Shown piece after piece: positions 24,464-37,150 of a DNA stretch of 64,000 bases; the stretch's first letter is position 1; each line of letters opens with the position of its first letter. Source of the stretch: Octopus bimaculoides (Eukaryota). The notes under the pieces were generated by a model. That model ran no database searches. It was not told the origin of the DNA and worked only from the letters and a program-made list of their open reading frames with translations. Location of the stretch: assembly GCF_001194135.2 (NCBI RefSeq), contig NC_068997.1:2568465-2632464 (forward strand). Reading direction: 5' to 3'. The translations under genes and the position numbers were made by a program.

Positions 24464-25330
24464 TGATTGGAAAGAGTGGGAGCGAATGTAGAAGTGCAAA
24501 ATAGTCGTAAAATAAGTTTATATAAGCAGTTAAAGTTGATATTTTCCAACGTTTTGATGCGAGTCAACTATTCAGCGGTATTGCAAAAAAAAAAAAAAGA
24601 AGAAAAGATCAGAACTTGAAAAGTCTACATTAGGAACAATCTATAATAATCAAGAGAAAATTAAGTCAAATGTTCAAGCCAGCAAGACCGTTAAATGCCT
24701 GGAAATTGTACATTTTGCTTCATAACTTTGATACGATACTTAATATGGAACGGCTTCTGAGTGTGAGAATCGACGATTAGACCAGACGTCCTGCTCTGAT
24801 AAACGCAATCTTCATTCAAGCGAAAGTTAAAAGTTTGTATGGCGATTTGCAGCAAAGATGAAGGAGCAACTTCTGATGCAAAACCTATTTCTGTTTGTAT
24901 TTGTAAAGAGTAGTTTTGAAGGTTTTGAGAGGTATCTTAATTTGCACAACATTAAAATTAACGGTAAAGCTGTAAGTGATGATACAAAAGCTGCTTGTAA
25001 TTATCACAAAGAACTGAACAAAGTTTCTTCTGAATGTGTTTTCTCACCAGAACAAGTGTACAATGTTAATGAAATTGAGTATTTCAAGAAGCACATCGTT
25101 GGTGCAGAAAAACCAGTAAATAACGCTGAAGCANNNNNNNNNNTCCACAACTGTTTGACGTTTCATGTGACAGGACATGCTGTCGGGGATATGAAATTAA
25201 AGCACTTATTTGAGTATATCTAGCAAAATTGAAGGGCTTCAAAGGCAAAGCTAAGTATAATTTACCTGTAATTAGACGTTTAAATAATAATAATTGGACG
25301 TCTATATTACTTTTCGATGACTATTTTGAA
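24464..25330 (+). mobile_element. Decayed Tigger/pogo transposase (CENP-B-type HTH + DDE start)
   Basis: LEKSTLGTIYNNQEKIK, MERLLSV, FIQAKVKSLYGDL, NLHNIKINGKAVSDDTKAA, FSPEQVYNVNE, HAVGDMKLK and KAKYNLPVI..NNNW, with stops and frameshifts. Confidence 0.8.
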
Positions 25331-25770
25331 TAAAAAGGTTATTTTAGAATTCACTCCTTTATAAACCAAGTTTAGAGGCCAAATTCTATTTTCTGTACCC
25401 ACGTTAAGGCTAAAAATATCAAAACCCTTAAAGATACTGGTATGATCTGTCAACGGTGACAAAAATATTTTAGAGAATTGCTAAATTACTGCTCTGTCAT
25501 CGATTGGTTGTTCTTAGAACTCATTGAATAAATCCCAAGAAGGCAGTTTGTTAATGATCCACAGAATTTCAATAAAGTAAGAGTTACTTTGTAGAAGCAT
25601 GAAAAGGGAACGCTCTTGGCGCTGATGTTATTTCGGCAGAAGCGCTCAAATTAGGAACAATCTTCTGCGCAGTTATATAATCTGTGAGAAAATGGTACAG
25701 TTCCTTAAGATTGGAGAAATGTGTTGCAGAAGGTGTTGTACAAATAGACAAATGGCGAAAATAGGCATAC

Positions 25771-26149
25771 CTGTGTAGTAAGCAGATTGCTTCCCAACCG
25801 CATAGTTCGAGGTTCAGTCCCACTGTTTGACACCTTGTGTAAGTGTCTTCTACTGTAGCCTCGGGCCGATTAAAGCCTCGTGAGTGGATTTGGTACACGG
25901 AAACAGAAAGAAGCCTGTCCTATATATATATATATATGTGTGTGTGTGTCTTTGTGTGTGTGTGTGTCCCCACCACCACTTGGCAACTGGGGCTGGTGCG
26001 TTTACATCCTTGTAACTTAGTGAGTCAACAAAATGGACGGATAGAATAAGTCCTAGGCTTAAAAAACAAGTCCTGGAGTTGTCTGACTTAAACCCTTTAA
26101 GGCGGCACCCCAGCATAACGGCAGTCAAATGACTGAAACAATTGAATGA
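25771..26149 (+). mobile_element. SINE family A, complete, with internal (TA)n(TG)n
   Basis: Head, core, microsatellite at 25921-25965, 3' body and tail ggcagtcaaatgactgaaacaa. Confidence 0.9.
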
Positions 26150-26279
26150 TAATTGATACACGTAGACATTTCACTCCTCTATAAACTAGGTTTAGAAGCC
26201 AGGCTGAATTTGCTGTGCTCCTATTTGGGCTAAATATAGCAAAACCCTTATTAAAGATAAAAATAAAATCTATATAGTG

Positions 26280-27480
26280 GATTATCCATCCTTCCTGAGT
26301 CTCAGTCAGGTTTTTTCACCGGACTAGGAACTGACGGCATAGTATTTTTTTCCCGCTGCTGAACTACAAGAGAAATGCATTAAGCAGAGACTTGGGCTCT
26401 GTTATTGCTTTATCAACCTCATTAAAGCCTTTCGGTCCGCGAATCATGATGTATTATGAAAAAGTTGTCTGTCCTAATATATTTACAAATATTACGATGT
26501 TCTTTCATGATGATATCAGAGAAAGAGTTGTAATTGTTGGAGAATGCTCGGACATGTTTTTCAATCAGTGATGGCGTACAAGGTGATATGATATAACTGT
26601 TTCTAATTATTTCCCATGATTCCACAATAACTTTTTTTCAGTCACTTTTAAAGTCTGCTCAGAGGGTATTTATATACAGCACAACACATTTGATAAGTTC
26701 TTCAGCTTTGAATATGTTTGTTTTAGTCATTCTGATAAGAAACCTCTCGTTTCGTTAGTGACTGTCCTTCTACCACACACAATGAAAATAAGGCCTCAAA
26801 ACTATTATGTATTGGCATGCGCCATGTTGTCCTCGCAATAAACCCTAATAAACCTGTTATTCTTTATCAAACCTGCCCCTGAAAACCTAATATAATGGTA
26901 TATAGTAAAACATTAAAAAGCCCCATCTTTCTTTAAATATTCTGACAGCATGTTAAACAGTGATACATATCTTGATGATGTAATTCCACAAGTCATGGAC
27001 AACTTTTGGAAACTTACAATATTGATTATGGCCTCAACCATATACAAAAAGGAAAAACAAAAAAAATTACACGGAAATGTTTATTTTCCAAACGCATTTT
27101 TTAAGGCTACACAACATGGATATTGTACACTTGAAAACATCATAAACAGTTGGAGCATTTTCAGCAAAAAGTCACTTCGACTAATTTTCTATGTATATCT
27201 TGGAGAGACTTCATAAATGATATTGAAGTCTAGGAGTTAGCAAATGTATGCATAGAGACTCTGTTGTGATATAGCAAACTGTCGTTACAGACCATATAGT
27301 TCGTATGGAAGATGGAAGAATGCCAAAGCATCAACTCTATACAGGATTACATTCGGTTTGTAATGGGGTAAGACCTTAGGAACAGCAGTTAAATAGAAAG
27401 ATACACAACGGCTCCGGATATCATGAAATGTAGAAGCATTATGCTCACACGAGGACAAAAGTATAGCAAGTGATTTTATT
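26280..27480 (+). mobile_element. Decayed RTE (BovB-like) LINE reverse-transcriptase region
   Basis: ILPESQSGF, ELQEKCIKQ...FINLIKAF, FFHDDIRERV, degraded LFADD region, FKYSDSML and HIVRMEDGRMPKHQLY. Confidence 0.8.
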
Positions 27481-27659
27481 GGTTGGAATATGTCATCCAG
27501 TGATCAAGGGTACTCTACTGCAGTATGTGATCACTCTCGTTCAACTCATGGGGTATAATGTGATCTAGCATGATGTAGTGGGGTGTAATGCAGTGTAATG
27601 TAGTGCAGTGAGGAGTGGTTGGGTGGGGTGTCATGTAGTGTGGTGTAATGAAACGTGAA

Positions 27660-27892
27660 GGTACGTGGCTTAGTGTTAAGGGTATTTGGCACACGATCAT
27701 AAGGTTGTGAGTTCTATTTCTGGCGGCGTGATGTGGCCTTGTGCAAAACACTTTATTTCACGCTACTCCAGTCCATTCGGCTGGCAAAAATGAGTGGGGC
27801 TTGTATTTCAAAATGTCCAGCCTTGTCATATGTGAAGAGTATGTGTGTCTATGGAGAATGGAACACTCATCGTCGTAACCGACGGAGTGCTT
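27660..27892 (+). mobile_element. SINE family C (internally deleted)
   Basis: tRNA-like head gtacgtggcttagtg...gttgtgagttctattt and tail catcgtcgtaaccgacggagtgc. Confidence 0.8.
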
Positions 27893-27904
27893 TTTTTCTT
27901 TTTT

Positions 27905-28572
27905 AAGTGAGGTGTGGTGTAGAATAGCATGCCGGGCAAAATACTTAGTAGCACTTTGTCTTTACATTCTGAGTTCAAATTCCGCTGAGGTCGACTTTGT
28001 CTTTTATCCTTTCGTGGTCGATAAATTGAAGTAACAGTTGAGCAACTGGGGTCGATGTAATCGACTTACACCTACCCCCAAATTTCAGGCCTTGTGCCTA
28101 TAGTAGGAAGGACTATTATTATTATGAAAACGGCGGGCTAGCAGAATCGTTAGCATGCCGGGCTAAATGCTTAGCGGTATTTCGTCCGTTTTTACGTTCT
28201 GAGTTCAAATTCCGCTGAAGTCGGCTTTGCCTTTCATCATTTCCGGATCCATAAACTTAGTACCAGTTATGTGTTGGAGTCGATGTAATCAACTTATTCT
28301 CTCCCCTGAATTTCAGGCCTTGTGCCTTTAGTAGAAAGAATTATGATTATTATTATTTTGAAGGCGGTGAGATAGCAAAATCATTAGCATGCCGGATAAA
28401 ATGCTTAGCGGCATTTCGTCCGTCTTCACGTTTTGAGTTCAGATTCCACCGTGGTCGACTTTGCCTTTCATCTTTTCAAGGTCGATAAATTGAAGTAACA
28501 GTTGAGCACTGGGGTCGATGTAAGCTTGACCCCCACTCACCGAACTTGCTGGACCTCTGACAAAATTTGAAA
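27905..28572 (+). mobile_element. Three head-to-tail SINE family B copies (27905-28125, 28127-28360, 28361-28572)
   Basis: Each copy has gcatgccgg..aaatgcttagc, ctgagttcaaattcc and gtcgactttgcctttcatc. Copies are separated by (ATT)n tails. Confidence 0.9.
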
Positions 28573-28843
28573 CTAGTCTTTACTCTGACGGTTCTGTAAA
28601 ATCGTAGGAAATAAAAACGTCACTTTGCGGTACATGGTTCAAATCTGTAAGAAATCACACCGTCAAAATCTACTCTAATTAACATAATATTAATTAATGG
28701 TTAACATACATCAAAGGCAATTCATTATTACATCATCTCTTTGATCACCATCAACTGTTACTCTGAGTACCACATTTTCATATAGTTGTATGTGTGCATG
28801 TATGTGCATTTGTGTGTGTGTGACAGTGTGTGTGTGTGTGTGA

Positions 28844-28880
<37 letters not shown>

Positions 28881-29134
28881 TTCTGGCGCAGGTGACACTA
28901 CGTAATGCAAAGCGGTCGAAGTTATCTGTAATGGTAATTAAGCGTGCAATGTGTGTGGTTGTGTGTATTTGCATGCCTGTGATTATGCCTGCGGTTGTTT
29001 GTAATAATTAAGTAATTAATAAAGTGATAATTTAATTTTTCATTTTCTTCCTAAAATATTAATCATCATCATCATCCTCATCGTCATCATCGCCGTTGTC
29101 ATCATCATCATCATCATCATCATCATCGTTATTG

Positions 29135-29520
29135 TAAGGCGGCGAGCTGGCAAATTTGTTGAGTAGCCGGACAAAATGTTTAGCAGCACTTCGTGCGTCC
29201 TTATGCTCTGAACTCAATTTCTACCGAAGTTTTACCTTTCATCCTTCGGAGTTGATAAAATAAGTACCAGCTGTGCACTGAGGTCAATGCAATCGATTTA
29301 CCCCTTCTTGCATATATCAGGCTTTCTGCCTTTAGTAGAAAGGATTATTAGTATTAAGGCTGTGCGCAGCAGAGTCATTACCGCGCCGGAGAAAACGCTT
29401 AGTAGTATTTCGACTCTCAAATTTTGAGTTCGAATTCCATCAAGGTAGACTTCGCCTTTCGTCTATCCGAAGCCGATGAAATAAGTACCAATTGAGCACT
29501 GGGTTCCATGTACTCGACTG
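29135..29520 (+). mobile_element. Two head-to-tail SINE family B copies
   Basis: aaggcggcgagctggc head at 29136, second head at about 29356 after an (ATT) tail. Confidence 0.85.
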
Positions 29521-29569
29521 ATGCACATGATTTGTTTTTGATTTTGTCAACTACACAGTACAGCAGGGT

Positions 29570-30338
29570 CAGTTGGGCACTATGAAGCAATTCACTCTGT
29601 CAGAAATTTGGATATGACATGCTTTGCTGTTTAGCATTCGCATCAGAAGTTGCAATGCGAACATTTCAAAATGTTTGGGTGTCAATCTGAGGACAGTGCA
29701 TGGACCGAGAGTGATAAAAACACAAACATCCAGTCAGCTTCATGGTGTTTGCAATGACCACTAGTGATTGCGGCATTATGCTTCCATTCAGCTTTCCACA
29801 CGGCCTCAGACTCAACATGGAGGCCTGCATCAAGTGCCTGGATGAGGTAGTGCTGCCCTGGGTCAAGGGGTGGGGGTGGGGGCTACTGGAATACCCTATG
29901 TCTGGCTACAGGACTCTGCACCGTGTCACACAAGCAGGAGAACCCAGTCATGGCTGTCAGACAATTTCTGTGACCACATTACCCTTAACATGTGGTCACC
30001 TAACTTCCCAGACTGCAACCTCTTTGATTATCGTGCGTGGGGCACAGCTGAGCGAGAGACCAACAAAACTCCTTGAAACACCAAAGATGAACTGAAGGCA
30101 AGGATTATGGCAGCATTCACCAACTTAAACAAGGAAGCCATCCAGAAGAATTGTAGGAGATTCCGAAGTCGTCTGGAGGACGTAGTTGAAGCCAATGGTG
30201 AGTTTATTGAATAAATTTACTCTTTAGTATTTCAAGAAAATTTTATGTAATTCTGGTAAATATATCTGTTAGAATGACATGTCAGTGTTATTTTCACTTT
30301 TGCGTAATTTAGACAAAAGTTTATCCACTGCACCCTGT
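29570..30338 (+). mobile_element. Internally deleted maT/DD37D-type Tc1/mariner element
   Basis: N-terminal MKQFTLSEIW...KCLGVNLRTV is joined to the catalytic part. QD-SAPCH...WSPNFPDCNLF-D gives a 37-aa D-D spacing. C-terminus RLEDVVEANGEFIE*, 3' end ttatccactgcaccctgt. Confidence 0.85.
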
Positions 30339-30352
30339 GTGTGTGTGTACGT

Positions 30353-30395
<43 letters not shown>

Positions 30396-31946
30396 TGTGT
30401 GATGTGCGTGTGTGAAGTATGTCTGTGTGCGTATGTATCTTTGCTGACTGACACGACTTGATTTTCATTCTATTGAATTGAAGATATCACTATCCGCGTT
30501 CGACCTTTTTACTAATGTTTCTCTACATTTCCTTATTAGTTTCTCATAATTTGTTCGAAATCATGACTATCTTAAATCCATTGACGCTTAAAGGTCTTAG
30601 TCTCATCATTTTAATTAAATTATGGTGGGTGGCCATGTTGTTGCTCCGTTTTAGTAGGCAGGGAAAGAGCATGGCAATATTATTGTAACTGATAATATCA
30701 TCATTTCTTGATTTAAGATTATCTCACGTTTAACTGCTGATTACATTCATAACTTATTTCAGTATACTGTCTGTGGTTTGATATTTCGTTAGCTTTAGAT
30801 CAAATCTGATTGAACTAGATTTTACCAAGTATTTTCTTATAGTGACCATTTCTTATTTACGTATGCTACGTCTAGCCTTACATTATTCAATATATATCTT
30901 GTCCTTTTAAAACTGGAGGAGATTTGACTGCTATTCCTCATAACAGACTGAGAGTTTGTGTAGAGGGTCCATAGTAATTAGACGAGTATATATAGTTACA
31001 TAAGTGTTGTTTCCGTGGAAAGGTGTGCCAGTAACATCCACTTTCTGCTACATACAAGGTGTATGTTCCCCTGCATGTAGTCGGAAGTGGTTCTATATGA
31101 GATATTTGTTAACCTGTTTTCACTTTATTATCATTTCTTGTCTTCTGTTGATGATCTCAATATTTTGTAAACTTCGTCTTCTCAGGTAGACAAACACGAC
31201 ATCTTTTCAACCTGTTAATGCAAGCCGTTCAAAGTTTAACGATGTTATCTTATTAAAATTATACTGATGCGTTTCTCTTTAAGTCTCCAGATACATTGGG
31301 ATAGTTATGTAAAACTTCTGTTTTTGAAGAAGAGAAAATATTGTGTGCTTATCTATGTGTGATACGAGTTAATGTGTAACTTTAAATGTATGTGCGTCGC
31401 ATATAATTCCTTTAGTGATAACAACTTCAGATAAACGTTACAGCAACACTATATCGAGTCCTCTCAATCCTTTGAAAGGCATTTGTGACTAAATAGACTA
31501 GACATTGTGCTGCTATAGTTGCAATCTGGTTGTGGGTTGTATTAGATCCTGACTATATTGTTCATTCTAATATCTGTCGTTTATTATTCTACACTCTGCA
31601 TTTTACATACGGTACTTTATTGTTCTACACACTGTACTTTATAGTCATATACACTGTACTCTATCGTATTACACACTCTGATTTATGCTTTCTCTGACAC
31701 ACACAGAGAGTACATTATGCACACTCTTCCGTATTATACTGTCGCTTATGTCAAATATATATCAGTTTTATTAATAGAATTTCAAATTGATGATAATCTG
31801 AGATTAAGATAATTTATTTTCACAATTTCTGAAGAAGACAGAAAATTCTGGAATATAAAATATATATGGTTGCCAAACTTTTCACTATCTTTCATTCCTT
31901 GCAACATCAAACCATTGATTTCCTTACAAAAATGTCTTCCTTTCTC

Positions 31947-31995
<49 letters not shown>

Positions 31996-32318
31996 TACAA
32001 TTTTTCGGCATCATCTGACATCTTCCCTGTTCTCCACCCCACCAGCCTGCTATTGATTGTATACCTAGAAGCATTTATTTAAATTTTAAACCACTACCAT
32101 ACATCAAACTCCATCCTATAGAACCATATTGTGTGTGAGTTACTTTATAATTCCTATCTTCTCTGATACTCATCTGCTTTTACGACATTTTCACATGAAA
32201 TTCTTTGCCTTTTTTCTTTGGCTCATTTACTTTGCTTCTACTTTATTTTAGTTTGTTGTTTTCAGAGTTTCGATAAGAATTTCTTAAAGATCTATCTATC
32301 TATCTATCTATCTATCTG

Positions 32319-32367
<49 letters not shown>

Positions 32368-32559
32368 TTCTATTTCTCTTTAATTCTCTCTGTCTCTATA
32401 TGTATATGTGCGTTTGTGTGTTTGTGTGTGTGTGTGTATGTGTGTGTAAACATAATACACACGTGTGTATATGTATATTTGCTTATACGTACATATATAT
32501 AATTGCGCATCTGCATACATGTACATCTTTGTACATAATTGTTTGTGTGTGTATACAGA

Positions 32560-32595
<36 letters not shown>

Positions 32596-32824
32596 CATAT
32601 ATATATNNNNNNNNNNNNNNNNNNNNNNNNNNNNNNNNNNNNNNNNNNNNNNNNNNNNNNNNNNNNNNNNNNNNNNNNNNNNNNNNNNNNNNNNNNNNNN
32701 NNNNNNNNNNNNNNNNNNNNNNNNNNNNNNNNNNNNNNNNNNNNNNNNNNNNNNNNNNNNNNNNNNNNNNNNNNNNNNNNNNNNNNNNNNNNNNNNTGTA
32801 TATATATATATAAATCTTTAATTC

Positions 32825-34280
32825 CTTAAATTGTTTCAGCTTTAAAGCTGCGGTCATATTGGGGCACCATCGTTGAGTGTGCTACGCCATTATTTGAAAC
32901 CTCCTCTGATATGTGGCATTTGGTCAATGAGGGAGTTTAATGCTGCAGCTCTAATCTGTGTTTCCCGCCGTGAGGTAGACTCATCGGGAACTCTTGCAGA
33001 ATATGCAGTTTTGTTTTGAAGACACCTCCATCCATACCATGCAGATCTCTCAGGCATTTTGGAAGGATACTGAAGAGCAGTGGTCCCTTGAAACCCAGGC
33101 TGTTGCAGTATCTGGTCCTGTATTTTGATGGTGATGCTGGGATCTTTGGCACCATGCAGTGGCGCCCCGTTCTTCTGTTTGTGTAACATTCAATGCCAAA
33201 GTTTGGTACAAGGCCTTCCAGCATCTTCCTGTCTGCATGTCATTCAGTTTTGTGTGCTGGTAGCGCAAGCCTTGGAAATATCCTGCATTAAACTGCATAT
33301 TGTCCTTAGCCCACCTGTATATTGCGTCCCATTGTAGATGCGCAATATTCCCAGGATTTTGTATTGTTTGAGAGACTTTTATGCCATCTACATAGCTAGT
33401 GAGGGTGACTATCTTAGCAACTGAGGTCCTGTCTGAGAGGGTCACTATAAACAGCAGTGACCCTAAGACAGTGCTCCATGGAACACCACTTACTATTTGT
33501 ATTTCCTTTTAGGTGGCTCCATTGGCCCCCACTGTCTGACGTCTATCTTTTAGAAAGTTGTTTAACCACTCTCCAAGTTTGCCAACTACGCCGAGATCAC
33601 GCAATTTGTAATGCATCAAACCATGGTCGACTTTATCAAAGGCTTTTGCTAAGTTGAGATATATTACATCCACACTCGATTCGTTTAGCTGCTGTTTTAA
33701 CACCCAGTCATAGTGCTATAAGATCTGTGTCAAGCAACTTCTACCTGGTCGAAATCCATGCTGGGTGTCTGTCAGCAGGGCATTTTCTTCAAGGAGCACG
33801 ATTAGTTTCTTGCGGACTATTGTTCCATGACTTTGATGTCTGAGGCCAGAGAGATACACCTATAATTTTCAGCATCTGCTCTGCTTCCGCCTTTGTGGAC
33901 CGGGCATATTATTCATTCCTTTAGTTTGTCCGAGACCTTATCACTTGTTAGAAAGCTCTGATAAAGATGCTGCAGTGGTTTTGCAAGGGTTTGTTTGCAC
34001 GATTTGAGAAGGATTGCTGGGATTCCATCAGGGCCAGCGGCTGAGTTTGTGTCAGCCCCATCTATGGCCATCTTTAATGTTGATGTAATCAATTTTCGCC
34101 TCTTTGGTTACAGGTAAAGTGGCAATGAATTCTGCTGGTCTGTTCACTTTCTTGCGTGCCAGATGAGTAGTGAACACACTTTGGAATTGTTCGTTCAGTA
34201 TTTCACTTATCCTCATTGGGCTTCCTGTGAAGGAGCCATCTTTTTGGAAGAGGGGCCCTATCTTGTGGCGTACTAAGAGA
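32825..34280 (-). mobile_element. CR1/Jockey-group LINE, 3' 1.45 kb, decayed with internal deletion
   Basis: AAGPDGIPAILLK, QHGFRPGRSCLTQ, VDVIYLNLAKAFDKVDHG, YVDG (YADD position), NMQFNAG and LEGLVPNFG...NSLIDQ. Short 3' UTR ending in a stem-loop. Confidence 0.9.
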
Positions 34281-34640
34281 AGAAACTAACTGTATGACCA
34301 GTTAAAATATAAAAGTGGAGAAGAATTGAAGAAAAAGAGAAGAGAAACTTTTGGTGAGTAGTTGTGGTGGATAGAGATAGAAAAGCGTACGTGCTGGTGC
34401 CAAAGTGTTTGTCATTACAGAAATTGCATGCATAAATAAATAAACAAATAAATTTACCTCACCCTCTGTTTTCGGATATTAGATCTCTAACATAATGCAA
34501 TAATGTGTTTCTCTGATGATTCATTGCGGCAGGCATCGAAATGCACATGGAACATCCAAAGATGAGCTCCAAATAAATGCAATGGTGAAACGTACGTAGT
34601 AACAAATAACTTATAACTGTACTTATCTTAATTTTATATT

Positions 34641-34700
34641 ATACATGTTCTCCATATATTATATATGCTCTCCATATATTATATATGCTCTATATATTAA
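34641..34700 (+). repeat. 20-bp tandem repeat, ~3 copies
   Basis: Unit tccatatattatatatgctc. Confidence 0.85.
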
Positions 34701-34935
34701 AACTAGTAACACTAAACTGGAAGCTGAATGGATAATGATAACTTATGTGAAACTCTAACTCATATAGTTGTAGTCGTACATCTACTTGTACATACAAAAC
34801 ACACACACACATACAAGCAAATACACATATATGTATATATCTATGTATATGTATATGGATGTGTGTTTATATATTTATATATACATACATGTCTATGCAT
34901 ATACACACACACACACAAACAAACAAACACACACA

Positions 34936-34973
<38 letters not shown>

Positions 34974-35343
34974 TAGGTAGGTGGTTATGAAATGTCGTTA
35001 GGAGTCTCGCTCCCTTGTCTTGTGTTGAGTACCTTCTGGCACACGTCTTTGTTACAGCAAAGAAACTAAAGGGGAAACTATAAAAGAAGCCATACCACGT
35101 GACATTATTGAAAGCAGTTGTACACTTGGAATTCTCAACATGTTCCAACCAGTCACTGCAGGGACCACACGCCCATACCTCTCTTCCGAGAGAATGCCAC
35201 TAATTTTTCAAAATCTAGAAAGTCATCCACAAGTTTTATAATCAAATTCTATAGCTACCATGGTTGCCTACACTTACACCAGGAAGAGACACGTGTGGGG
35301 TGACAGTAGCCATGACCAAGCGTCCGACTGTATTAGACGTGTA

Positions 35344-35577
35344 TTATTTCTTTACTACCCACAAGGGGCTACACACAGAGGGGACAGACAAGGACAGACA
35401 AACGGATTAAGTCGATTACATCGACCCCAGTGCGTAACTGGTACTTATTTAATCGACCCCGAAAGGTTGAAAGGCAAAGTCTACCTCGGTGGAATTTGAA
35501 CTCAGAACGTAGCGGCAGACGAAATACCGCTAATAATTTCGCCCGGCGTGCTAACGTTTCTGCCAGCTCGCCGCCTT
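35344..35577 (-). mobile_element. Young SINE family B copy with perfect 13-bp TSD
   Basis: TSD tattagacgtgta at 35331-35343 and 35578-35590. Clean family B body with a distinct 3' tail. Confidence 0.95.
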
Positions 35578-36962
35578 TATTAGACGTGTATAATTCACCA
35601 GGGCCTTTGTGTCTGCACGAACCCATTCGATTCTACGTTGTACTGTATCACCTCAAACTGGTCATCTGCTCATAATTTGCAGCACAAGATACCATGTGCT
35701 TGAACCTAATCTCCACTGCATTGCCTCAGACCGTAACCCTTTTGTTTTGTCTCACCACAAGCTGCACATCAGCATGCGAACAGTTTTGTGGTGTACCAGC
35801 TTCAACTCTTTTTTCCCCCCTCACGTCGCCTCACCTGCAGTTTTAGGCAACTATCATACTTCCAAGCAACGTATTTGCTCAGCTGGACTACACATCGTGC
35901 CACATATCAATCAGGATTTTCTCTAATTTCTTCCTCGAAGATATGAGAAATAGAGATGCATTACTTTTTCTCCTCGCTATTACTTCAACGACTTACTCAG
36001 TCAAAGAAGCATTAATTTTTGTGACATATTATTTTCTAATCTCTTCCTTCTCAAGCTGAATCATGCCCAGGCTTTTCGTTTGCTCGCAACGATAACACAT
36101 CAAATGTTACAAACTGTGTTCCTTTCCTTGTTTATGAATGCCCTTAAGACTATATCGGATGTTTGAGACCTAGAACTTGTGTCTTACATTCATACTTAAA
36201 ATCAGTGACGCAATTCGTTATTAAATATTTGAATAATTGTTTGAAAAATTTGGTGTTCTCAGACAAAAATGGACAAGGTATTTATTATTTTGCAAATTTA
36301 TAAGTTAGAAGAACAATAAAAATATCTAAGACTTTTCGAAAGTTCTGCATTTAGATCTGAAGTGTTGTCATTCTTTAGATTTCAATGATAGAGGTTTGTT
36401 TATTCGTCAGAAACAAACAACTTTTTGTCCGGGGAAAAAAAAAATCAAAGAATTAAAAGCGGAAGTGACTTATGGGATATAGACATAAATTTATACAAAC
36501 AGAATGTTTTTCCTCCAGGTTTGTTGTCTTAGCATCTCAGAAATATAGCTCAAACCTTTCAGACGACAACAGCTTAAACAACAACATTAATAATAACAAT
36601 AAAACATACAATTTATCTAAATAAAAGATCGAATCTCAGAAATCAGAAATAAATGAAGAAATCAAAAGAGAAAATAAAGAGATAAAATGAAGGAAAGAAA
36701 GAAGTGAATAGAGTAAGAAAGAAGAGAGAAGAAGATGTTTTTCTAACAATGTGTCACTAATGAAGGTTGAAGACATTAGAGTTTGGTCTCAGTGATTCCA
36801 ACACTTGTCAAATCGTTTCCTTTAACCACATTCTTTACTTTTCAGCACAAACACCCAAAACTTTTTCGAAATTCCATTCATTGCGTATGTCCGTGTTTGA
36901 GTATGGCTGTGTTTGTTTGTGTGTGTGGATATGCATACATACATACACACATACATAATATG

Positions 36963-37027
<65 letters not shown>

Positions 37028-37075
37028 ATATACATATACATATCTCATCTATGTATCTCTCTCTTTGTATGAATG

Positions 37076-37150
<75 letters not shown>

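Noticed and set aside
25771-25850. tRNA genes at SINE heads
   Set aside because: A/B-box-like motifs are present, but they are embedded in SINE bodies and lack a full cloverleaf.
34510-34545. ctgatga...gaaa as a hammerhead or C/D snoRNA
   Set aside because: No stem II or stem III pairing and no downstream D box.
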